64,000 nucleotides of DNA from Octopus vulgaris (Eukaryota), in the NCBI GenBank assembly GCA_951406725.2, contig OX597832.1, forward strand, positions 3,348,001 through 3,412,000. Direction: 5' to 3'. The notes beneath the pieces were generated by a model. The model saw nothing but the letters and a program-made list of their open reading frames with translations. It ran no database searches and had not been told where the DNA came from. Shown in pieces: positions 52,401 through 64,000 of the stretch. Within the stretch, counting starts at the first letter, position 1; each line of letters starts with the position of its first letter. The position numbers were made by a program, and so were the translations under genes.

Positions 52401-54113
52401 GGTCAACCCAGTATTCTATAAACCTCTCCTAAAAATTTATGGCCTTCTGCCAAGTGAAAAATTCTTATTTTGAATAGTAGTTTGTTCAACACCCAGGCAG
52501 ATAATATTGCAATAAAACTTGAAATGTGCCAAATAAGCAGACAAATTAACCAATTGCTCTTAATGAGTTTAATTAATAAAACGTATGAACTTGATCTTGT
52601 GTTATTAGCTGTCTAAAGTTTGGTTAACATTGAAGTACAGCACAGATATTTTTAAAAAAAAAGTTTTACTATATTTATTTAAAGAAAGAGGAGTAGATCC
52701 CATGACCTTTACCCTCTAATCCTGATTAGTAAAGCTAAACTTCTGGAGGTTGATGTCTCTAGACAAAACGGACCAAAGATGGTTGTCTCAAAGGAGTGCA
52801 GTCTGAAAGGAGAGAGTGGAATGATTGAATGAAGTGTTTAGAACAGAATTTGTGAGTTGAAACAAAATAGGTTAAGTGCGTCATGATACATGTACCTCTC
52901 TGCTTGAGCAGAAGTTATATAGAGTTTTGCCAGTTTGGAGAAGTAAAAACTATTAGAAAGGCAATAAACAGATGATACAGTGAAAACACAGCTCATTGGT
53001 GTTTGTTGGATGTTGATGAGTAACAGTTTGCTTAACTCCTAGATAATCTTTTTTTTTTAATGGTTATATGCGTATAACAGAACTATTCTAGATATGTGAG
53101 TTGTACTTTAAAGTGAATCACATTTATAGTTTATGGAAAGTCAACAGCAATCAAAGTTGAAATATTATGTCTTTGGAGAGGAAATCTAATCTTTTGGCAA
53201 TGATATAGCAGCATGGTTGTCATAAGAGATTGTGAATCATCAGAAATTGTGAAGCATTGCATTTACATTTGAATGTTTAAATTGTATACTGTTCATGATT
53301 GGGGATGGAGTTTTGAGAAAAGAATCTTTTTTTGATGTGTTGAATAACTGTGTTTGAGTGTTATTGAAGAATATATTTTAAGATCTTTGTTCATGGAAGC
53401 AGTAAAGGTTGTTTATGTTGCATGTTTATATTTAATGTGAAAAATGTAGAATATGAGGAGGCATAACCAATCTCTGAAACTCAGTAGATTATGAGTTGGG
53501 GACAGCAATCAAACAAAAGATTTTAATCCAAGAGTAGGAAGTTCCACTGATAAGTATAAAGTCTATACTGATGAAAGTGCAACAATACAGTTTTCCTGAG
53601 TCAGAGTCTACTTATATAAGGAAATTATCTGGTTGTCACTGTGAGGAACAATACTGAAGAGGATAAAAAATGCAGTTATTTACATCTATTTCTGCTAACT
53701 TTGAGGTGTTGATGATGATGGTGTAGTAGTTGGTAGTTTCCCAGTAGCATGTTTCCAAAGTTTAGATTAGAAAAGATCCTTGAAGAGAGGGAAAGAAAAG
53801 TTGACAGTGTAAATGTGTATGGTTTAGGGGTAAAAGAAGGAAAAACTTTGGTCAATTACAATCTAATTCTTTGTGAGTTCCCTTCCTTTTCAAACAAAAT
53901 TGCTGAGCATCTTTGGGATAAATAGTATGGAGAAGGAAGATCTAACACAACATCAGTTAACATTTGTAAATTTATGGAAGTTAGCTTTTACAGAGTGAAT
54001 GTGCAAAATAAGCTGATTGTATTGAAAACTATATTGAAATATTAACCAATTATTTAGTAATTGCTCTAATGTCTTTAATTTTAAGTTGGTTATTATTTTG
54101 AAGAACGATTTAA

Positions 54114-54325
54114 CCCCTTTGATGCCAACGTACCTGAGACCACCCTTGGTTCTATGATACAAACTTCATGTTTTACAGTTATCTAAATTAAAAACGCCCT
54201 TCAAATTTTCATGTTAATTTAGGTTCCAAACAACAGCTAAATTGTTTTACTAAATTCTTCATTATTTAAAAAAAATCATTGAAACAAAAGCACTATATTT
54301 CAGCAGAAATATGGTAATGAAAGTA
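54114..54325. mobile_element. piggyBac-like MITE
   Basis: TTAA on both sides (54110-54113 and 54326-54329); left end CCCCTTTGATGCCA, right end degenerate TGGTAATGAAAGTA. Confidence 0.6.
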
Positions 54326-57300
54326 TTAAAAATACTCTATGCTAAAAAATCTCAATAAAGACAACTAGCTTGCTCTAATAAATGTTCCCAGATATAAAGT
54401 GCAGCTGTTTTTTGGTTCTTTCAGAAATTTGATAATGTTATCTAATATATTCCCTGAAATTTTAAATCTAAGCTCTGAGAGATACTATAAAAGGTGATAA
54501 AACATTCTGTAATCAATTTAGGAAAGAGGTCCCAGTTAATAGCACATTTTCTTGAATAATCAGCATTCAGTTATATTTCTTCATATATTTTTGCCCTTTT
54601 TAATGACATTTAAGCTAACTCTCATCATAGGATATTTTATTATTTTTTTTAATATGAAGTTATGGAGATGGTAAAACACTATAAATTTTCAGAGTATATT
54701 TATCAAGTAGTATTTAGTTTTAAGAAATATCTGACCAATTGTATTTAGCCACCTATACATAGCATTTCTCTGCTTTTTCATCTATCTATACATCTCTCTC
54801 TTTTATGTGTATATTATTTAGTCAAAAGAATAAGAGAGAATACACACATACACACATTCATGCCTTCTTCCTCATTTGACTAAATAATATATTAAAGGTA
54901 CATATGTTATAATATTTGCATCAAAGTACATAGTTACATAATTGATGTCATCTAGTGACTACTCATAACCAATACTGTTCAACTACTAATATAACCTCTT
55001 GTGTATTTTTAATTAATATTTAATTAGCAGTAGTCACAAGAATATTTATTTCATGGTGCCTTGTTTTTTTTTTTGTTTTTGTTTGAAGAAACTGTTTTGA
55101 GTAAGAACTTTAAAGGTTGACTGGTTATACATAATCAGCAAATCTTATAGGTTATTAGGTGCATGTCTTATTTAGCCAACAGGCTATAGTAAAAATGTGG
55201 AGTTGTGAGAAATTAGATCGCCGGATATGGAGGTAACAGGAAATTGGTACAAAATGCTTGCACTGGGAATAGCAAAATTCAGCTGGTCTTCTGTGGGAAC
55301 ACCTGTTAGTGGTGATGGGAGAATATATATATATATATATATATACATATCATTTCACCACTAGACTTATTCTGTTTCCTGAGCTAATCCCTCATATTTT
55401 TTTAGACAAGAGTTACTGCATATAGATGTAATTTATTACATCTATATCATTTTCTGGTGATCTATCAATCACACAGTAATTTGCCTATTATCATAAGCAA
55501 ATTTTTGATGAATATAGAATAATTCTAAAGCTTCCAAGTTGAGTTTCAGTATGATTTAAACAATATATATTTCCAAGCACTTTATAAGTATATTCATAAT
55601 CTACTTTTAAATAGAAATAAAGTTGTCTATCCATATATTTTGTGTCTATTTGTAATTGATGTACAGTATCATCATCATCATCGTTTAACGTCCGTTTTCC
55701 GCGCTAGCATGGGTTGGACGGTATGTTATGTCAATTAGGTTCCTTCTTTCAAACTATGACACTGACATTACTTGTGTATTGGAGGAAAATCGATATAATC
55801 ATATTTCACTGATAAAGAAATGATGCAAATTACTAAGACTAAAATCAGAGTAAAACTTAACAATATTATAAATATAATTTATCTATATGCTTCAACATTT
55901 GTTGCTCATGTGTAAACTTCCACTACAAGTCATTGAAGGAACCCTCTATATAATTACTTGATGTGTTAAAAAGACTGAATGATCACAGTAGAAGTACTTT
56001 TGATCATAGGTTTGTTCAGTCATAAGTTTTAATGTTTAATCTCTGGATTGACTTTGGTTAAAAAATATAATATCGAAGAGAGATGTTTTTTATTTATTCA
56101 ATAATAAATACTAATTAGTGCACATAATTTCTCTCTATAACTAAACATTTGCAGAGAAATATGGAAAGAAAGAATTAAGTATTCCAAACAAACACACACA
56201 TGCAAAGAAAAAGAAGTGAAATTATCTTAAGAATAATACTGAATTAGATGTCTTTCTAGCTGGAATAGAAAAAGTAATCAGTGTTATGTAAAAAGTTAAC
56301 TGTTTTTTTTTTCATAAAGTTTCATTATAACCCGAATCCACATAGTTTAAGTTTGGTAGTATCTTCACTGCAACAAATAACCAGTGTTTTCATGGCAATC
56401 ATGCATATCTCATTGGTTAACCTTTTAACACATTTCAAAAATCAAATATACTTCAATGAAATTTCACTGGTGTAAGATCTCTAGTTTACTTATCAATATC
56501 TAGAGAAGACTATCTGAACATGTATAATTCATTATTTGAACAATGTAATTTGCATTAACAAAATAAATAGGTAGATAAAGCAAATAATTATTAACTTGGC
56601 AGTCAAGAATTTATATTTCTTGCTGGAATATCCGTGTATTTTGTTGAAAGATCATTTAACAATTTTTTGTGCTTCAGTCATCTTACCACAGATGATAGGT
56701 ATCTATTCTGCTGGGTACATTACATCTTATCGCATAGAGGGACATTTGTCTTTCATTTGCAGTGCTATTGAATCCAGAGCAAGGCACCAGCTTTATGAGC
56801 CCCTGGGGAGAATATTTCAGCCTTCAGTCATGATGCTATTTGAATTAAAATAAAAAGAAGAGAAATAAAACAATCAACTCAGCCATACTAAATGTTTATA
56901 CAAAGTCCTAGAGGAAATATCTACACACAGTCTACAGAGAAATATTTGTTGCACTTAGATTCTGATATAATTGATTTGATAAGTGAAAGGAAATCTTAGA
57001 GATTCCCTAAATCTAATTTCCTGTAAGTTAAGTGCTATATCTCACTCATTCCCCTTACTATATCAATACAAAATTATCTTGATCATGGACAGAAACAAAC
57101 GGATAACCTTTGATGGAATATAGAGAGAAAAATAAAATTTTAAAATAGCAAATTAAAATCACTTAGAATTTTGTTCAGACTTTGTACAAATCAATATTAT
57201 GTTAAGTGTTTATACTGTTTAAAATTTGCATACATAGTCATTTCAATTTTATATGATTCTAACTTTTGAAATCAAGATAATATGTCAGTGAATACATTCT

Positions 57301-59438
57301 TAACCAAATTTGTTTCAATTTAAGCTCAGACATCATGAGTTCACTACATATAATGTTGAAGAACCTGCCTGTATATTTCTATAAAGCAAGAATTATCTTT
57401 CAACTTATATATAAAACCAAAATTCCTCCTGAGTAACCCAATTTGACAGTAACCTCTGTTAAATATAACTTTCACATAAATTAGTATAGATTTTATGTAC
57501 AAAATTTCCACCCTCACCAACCTTCCAGTTTAGTATGTTTCACAATATCCCTAGATGTAATTAGGAATATTGCATAACAGAGCTCATTGGCCATAGCTTA
57601 GGGTGTATGCTGTGTATTGCTAAAAGGGTTTAAAAAGATAATTGTTATACATGTAATCAAAATGCTGTTTGTCACTTTATTGTATTTTCTGTATGACAAT
57701 ACATAATTTTGAAATTTAGTGACAAATTAGATGCCCACTGTCTTAAAACATGCATTCAACTTCATTGACTTCATTATACTTCAAAACAATGAAAACTATT
57801 GTCAGTTAACTGAGGACTTTATAGTTTAAAAATACTGAAAAAACAAAACAAAACAAACAAAACATTTTAATATTAATATATGAAAGAAAGAGAATCAAAA
57901 TTTAAATAAAAATAGTAAGACAAGTGATTTTATGTATTTTTTCTCAAAATTGTTAATTTTTTTTCTTTAAAATAAGTATTCAAATAGGGAAATTGCATCA
58001 ACAGTTTGTTGTCCTACCAGATTATTAGTGGTTCTTTGCTGTATTCTTGGTAAAAGACATTTAAAATTGAAGTGCTACTTGAAATGGGTATCATTTGCAA
58101 GCATGAATGTAGGCAGCATGAAAGGATATTTGATGAGTATTTCATTACTTTGTATTGCTGAAATTAAGTCTTTATATAGTTATAGATTGTCATTGTCACT
58201 AGATCTGTGAGATTTATTTCCATAGCTGTATTATACAAAGACAAAAATTCTCCATGGTATTTTAATAACCCAATGTTTTATAAAAGATTAATTTTCTTGG
58301 GATCTTCTAGTGCTGCATTACATCTATAACTGGCCATGTGTGAGAGTATATAGATTTAGCTTTACATCTATTTAAAAACAAAAACAAAAAAATACATATT
58401 CATAAATGAAAAAAACAAAAAAGGTATCCTGTCATGTTAGTATCATTACTTAACATTGGCTTCACTTTTGCTAATTGAAACCAAATATCTGTGCAGTATC
58501 ATGAAGCAAATTTTGTTTCTGAATTATTTGATAGGAAATTCCACTTTGTAAGTAACGGATGTTTCTGTGAAAATTTCGAAAACATTAGAAGGTTAAAGAC
58601 AGGAAATGACAAATATTTATTTTGGTGGATGGCTGGTAAGGAAATAGATGTTTTATATATTAGCATCAAATAAAAAATACCTCGCCTACTTTAAAAACAT
58701 GTTCTGTATAAGGAATGTAGCAAAAAACAATTCTGAAGATGAAATTTTGATGGATAATCATTTTGTTGCCATTTCCTTTGACTTTAGTATAGAATTTTTT
58801 TTCTACTGACAAATGAGAAATGTTTGCTTTTCAAAATTGTATCAAAAAGCAGAGACATTTTTTAAATTACTAATGATTTCATCTGTAGTTTTCAAATATA
58901 TGGGAAACCTCTTATTTTAATGATAACATACTGATATTATAACAGTTTGTAAACTTATGCCTCTATGATATGTAAAGTTTGAGATATAAAAAATCAACAG
59001 ATTTATTAAAATCCTTTGCTTCCATAAGTGAAATAGAAATAAACTTAACTAAAAAAAAGGAAGTATGTAATATTGGGGGAGTGACAAAATATCTGTCTTG
59101 GCAGCCATATCATGTCAATATACACCTAATGGCTGAATAAAGATAATTATTATGTACAACATACTAATGAATACTCTCACAAATGTAGATAATAGAAACC
59201 TTAAAGTCCAATTTAATTTATTGACACTGCATGATAGAAGGAGCATAAATGATGCAGATGAAAATTTCTCAATATCACGATTTACATAATTCATATTACA
59301 ACTAACATTTGTGCTACAAAATCCAAGCATAATGTAATAAAGTTTGATTGGTTTCCTCTGTCTTTAAATCTATATGTGTTCACTTATATTGTTCTGGTAC
59401 ATTATATTTCGGTCTAATTTCAGTATTTTCATTTCAAG

Positions 59439-59480
<42 letters not shown>

Positions 59481-61429
59481 AAACATAAGAAATTAAAAAA
59501 GGCTGGTCATTATAGTTCTAATGTAAAATGAAAACTATTTTATTCACATATATATAATATGACATACTGTTGTAGTTTAGCCCCTGGTTAGTTCTGATTG
59601 AGCAGGCCTATGATCAGGTCTTTGCATAAAATATTTCTTAACTTTCTTAACTTCAATGAATGTTAATAAAAGCTAGTCAAATTAAGAAGACGAGTGATAT
59701 TCTTTACACAGACTCTGATGTTTCCAAGTGAAGTGGTTTTCACCAGCAGCACCTATCAAGTGTACAAGAGATTAGAGGTCAACCTTATCTTATAATTTCT
59801 ATTCATAAAAAAAAAAAGAAATTATTATTTAAGAAGCGGAAGTTGTCTGGTTTGTGTAATAGGGCCTCTGTTCCATTGAAAAGAAGCAGAGGAAGTATAA
59901 CACACTTTACCATAAGCAAATTAGTTACTTTTATGAGAAATTCAACCACACTTGCCATAGTAATCTGGAAATGATGAGAAGATATATTTTGTTGTACTGG
60001 TCCAGTAATGAGGTTCCCTGCTAAAAGCAATTAGCAACCATAATTCCTTTGCATTGTTAATATGCATAACTTAAGTGATCTGTTTGCTATTTCAACATTA
60101 ACTAGCTTCCTATGCTAACATCTAAACCAACCAAAGAAGGAACCTCTATGTAATCACTTGACCTGCTAAAATTAGCAGTCAAATCTTTCTCAACTGACCT
60201 TATACCATCTTAAAAAAAAAAATGAAAGACACATTGAATAATGTAGTCTGCAATAAACCATTGTCTGTAAAAAGAAGTGTACTTTTAATCATAAGTTTGT
60301 TTGATTAGAGCTGATCTGAGCTAAATAACAACTGATATTTAAGCTGACTCTAGCAAAATCCTATTTATTGTCTCTCAATTAGTTGATGAATTGCCTCTTG
60401 AATTATCATAGTTATTTTTTAAAAAGTAGTGGTACCTGTTCTCTAGTCTGGCTAAAATAAACATCTACACACAAACATATGCACATAAATGTACACACAC
60501 TCAAGCAAACGCATACAACTACACATCATTGTAGCCATAGATGTATCCTCTTCAACTGATTTGGGCTACAGCAGAGAGTGGGGTGGCTTTATGTGAGGAA
60601 ATGAGGGTGAGAAAAGGGGCAAAAATGGGACTGATTTCTTGCTATAGAGGAGCTACATGCTACTCATGTTACAGATGAGTGAGAATAACCAGCATGGAAC
60701 AGGAAAGAGTTAGAAATATGGAGTGTAGAAATCAAGTCAAATGCAACTGGTAAGCTCTCCAGCTTACCAGTTGCAGTCAAACTGTCTAACTCATGCCAGC
60801 ATGGGAAACGGATGTTAAATGATGATGATAATGAGGTATCTGAGTGGACCCTTAAAGTACATGGTGAATAGAAGAGAGTAGAGAGGGAAGAATAAATAAG
60901 GAGAGTAAGAGTTACAGATGAAGTATGGGTGAGGGGTGAATGTTATGAATGAAGAACAAGTATTGAGGGATGATAAGTATACATTGGAGGGAAGGTGGGA
61001 AGAGTAGATGATGTCTATAGAGGAGTAGATGCAGTGAATTGTGGATAGCAGGGATACATAGGAAAGAGTAGGAGATGACTGACAGTGCAGAAAGAGGTGA
61101 AGAACAACAGTATAATAATAATAATGATGCAATAGTTAGGGGAAAGATGTGAGAAGGTGAATGAAAGAGAGGTGATATGTGGTTAGGTTGACTGGAAAAG
61201 TATAAGGCAGGAAGTAGTATGCATAGTGCATGGAGAGAGTGGGAGTTGTTTATTGGTACCCACAAATAATTACAGCAACAGAATATTGCAGTTAGTGAGA
61301 TGGTGGATGTTGGGGACAGCTTGAGGTGGAAACTGGGTGAAGTTGGGTCCAGTTACATTCCAGAATTTCAGTTTTGCTGAGATGGGCTGGTTTTCTTAAG
61401 TAACAAATATCACCAGTCATTCTGTTTCT

Positions 61430-61860
61430 TTATCATCTCTTCCATGAATTCAAGGTCTTGAGAGCAGCCTTCACCTCTTCGTCCCAAGTCTTCCTGGGTT
61501 TTCTGCAAGCTCCATTCATATCAAGTGATCAACACTTCTTAACAAAACTGTCCTCATTCATATGCATCATACACATGCCCATTGCAGTGCAGTCTTCTCT
61601 CTTGTACACTACATCTGTTTCTTGTTATGCTAAGGTTTTCTCTCAACCCCATTTGTACTTTATTGTTCACACTCAGTGCACATCTAATAGAGCATATTAA
61701 CTATATTTCTCTCAAGCATTTTTAAGTCCTGTACATTCAAGGCCCATATCTGCTTTCTATGCAACATTACAGTTATAACACAAGTGTCATACAATCTACC
61801 CTTCACTCTGATAGAAAAAAACCATTGTTACTAATAGTGGTAGCAACATCCTGACCGTTT
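61430..61860 (-). mobile_element. Degenerate RTE ORF C-terminus
   Basis: Similar to 2290-2660 (TCGTCCCAAGTCTTCCTGGG; CATACAATCTACCCTTCACTCTG). Confidence 0.65.
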
Positions 61861-62330
61861 TCCAACCTCACCTCTAAGCAAGGTAATATTTTCCTTTGGC
61901 TAGACATGTACTTCACAGAAAACTAGAAACAAACAACATCACTTGTATGACAGCAATGTTCATTTACAGCCACATGGGTACACACAAACACAAAGACACA
62001 CATGCACATATATGCTTATGTATAAGATAGAATTCTTTCAATTTCCATCTTGCAAAGGCATTCACAAAGCTTTAATCAGTCTAGGGCTACAGAAAAAGAC
62101 AACTACTAAAATGCCACATAGTGTAACTGAACATGAAACGATATGGTTGAGAAGTGAGCCTCTTACATATGCAATCATATATATATATATATAAATCAAA
62201 GGTAAAAAACACAAGTGGAAATTGTCAAAACATACCAAGCAAGAAAAGACGATAGCACAACCATGGCAAACAGGACAAAACAAGATACACGGATCATTCG
62301 CAGCCAATTAAATATATATATATTTATATG

Positions 62331-62362
<32 letters not shown>

Positions 62363-62400
62363 GACACACTCACATATATATATATATATGTAAATATATA

Positions 62401-63092
62401 TACATATGCATGTATGGGTACAGGACATCACCAACAGTAAACAACATGAAATATGAAAACAAATGAGTTAAATACACAAACAATGAGAGAAAAATATGGC
62501 AAACAGGACAAATAATACAAAGAATTCAAAGAACGACCTTCATCAGTTATTGGCTATCTATTTACTCCCATTTCGAGCAACCAAGGACAACATGAGTCTT
62601 TGAAGACAGTTGCTCCCATAAATACTAAAATAAAACCTTGAATTTATGGAGGGTCAAAGTTGGGAATAAAAAACAGGACAGTGGAAATATACAAGGAAAC
62701 CGAACAAAAGCAAACATGGTGGGTCGTTAGACTAGAATGAGGGTAAAATAGTGAATGCTGAGAGAAAATTTTTCTTTGAAAAGAGAAAAGATAGAAGAGA
62801 GAGATTGTAGAAGTTAGTCCTTAGAATCTCCATGCAGGAAAGAAAGATGGTCACATAATGAAAAGAAAGATGGACGATGGTCACATGTGAGCAATGAGAG
62901 AGAGAAAAAGCAAAAGAGAGGAAAGAGAGAGACGGATAGAAAACGGTGAAAGGTTAAGATAAACTTACTTATAAGTGGATGTGTAGTGTCTCATTTTTTC
63001 TCTCATTTGCGTATTTAACATTTAACTTATTTGTTTTCATATTTCATGTTGTTAACTGTTGGTGACGTCGTGTACTCATACATGCATATGTA
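62401..63092. mobile_element. ~690-bp element bounded by ~95-bp inverted repeats (Penelope-like terminus arrangement)
   Basis: 62401-62495 is the near reverse complement of 62993-63092; flanked by TA arrays. Confidence 0.7.
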
Positions 63093-63219
63093 TATATATA
63101 TATATATATGTATATGTATGTATGTGTGTGTGTGTGTGTGTGTGTTTGTGTGTGTGTATGCATAATTATATATTTATATTATTGTTTAAGTGAACGCCAT
63201 GCATCCATTTCCAAATAAG

Positions 63220-63273
<54 letters not shown>

Positions 63274-63299
63274 CACACACATGCACGTGTCTATGTATC

Positions 63300-63334
<35 letters not shown>

Positions 63335-63789
63335 GTATGTACATGAGTGCTCTTCTTTCATTTGTCCAATGAAAGAAGGGAAATCAACACATTTATTGGG
63401 AATTACATGTATGGATCAAAACAGATTGATTCAAATTCATTGGTACTCTGAGTTTCAAGTGTCATGCTAATCTTCTGTCATTTTAAATTTGGATGAGAGA
63501 AGTTGATTGTTATTACCATAAGGTGGACTGTGATTAGTTGAGAAGCTTATGTGATGTTGTGGTTTGATATTAGTATATCAGTGACAACAGTTGATCTTGA
63601 GTCACATGATAAAAGGACAGAGTGAGAGAGAGAGAGAGAGAGAGAGATCAGGAATGAGGAAGAAACAGGTGTGTAAAGGAGATGAATGGTTACCCAACCA
63701 TGTATATATGTATATATATATATATATGTATATATATATGTATGTATGTCTAAAAATATATACATATATATATAGGAAAATCCCCCCAA

Positions 63790-63950
63790 GCTAGGAACAA
63801 GCACAAAAAGACAACAATACAAGGACGTGATGCATGTAAAGTATTAGCAAATGCTCAGGGAAGGAAAGAAAGTAGGTTTAACGTTTCGAACAAAGATTTT
63901 CTTCAGAAATGGAGGAAAGTACAATAGAAAAGGAAGGAGGAAAAAAGATA
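63790..63950 (-). mobile_element. Penelope-like pLTR-type fragment with ultra-minimal hammerhead
   Basis: UUU-CUGAAGA-aaaucuuuguuc-GAAAC-GUU-AAA at 63877-63909; same family as 7299-7505. Confidence 0.6.
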
Positions 63951-64000
63951 TATATATATCTCCATTTCTCTCTCTCTCTCTCTCTCTCTCCCTATATATA

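Overview
AT-rich, microsatellite-saturated eukaryotic genomic DNA. The repeat families (tRNA-derived SINEs, RTE LINEs with (GAT)n tails, CR1-like LINEs, mariner) suggest a cephalopod, probably Octopus; this is an inference. Nearly all ORF-track entries are artefacts of (TA)n/(CA)n arrays. The host-gene signal is a divergent pair of signal-peptide-encoding 5' exons around a GC-box-containing bidirectional promoter at about 20.0-21.8 kb; the rest looks intronic or intergenic. Mobile DNA includes a 5'-truncated CR1-like LINE with an uninterrupted ~893-aa ORF2 fragment, several RTE copies whose RT carries a PHD-finger-like insertion, a deleted mariner, a piggyBac-like MITE and several SINE families. 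The most striking signal is a dispersed set of short, sequence-unrelated elements, mostly sitting in or beside (TA)n arrays. They carry minimal type I hammerhead ribozyme motifs (at least four with complete catalytic cores, several decayed) and are often bounded by long inverted repeats, as expected for Penelope-like pLTR or retrozyme-like elements.
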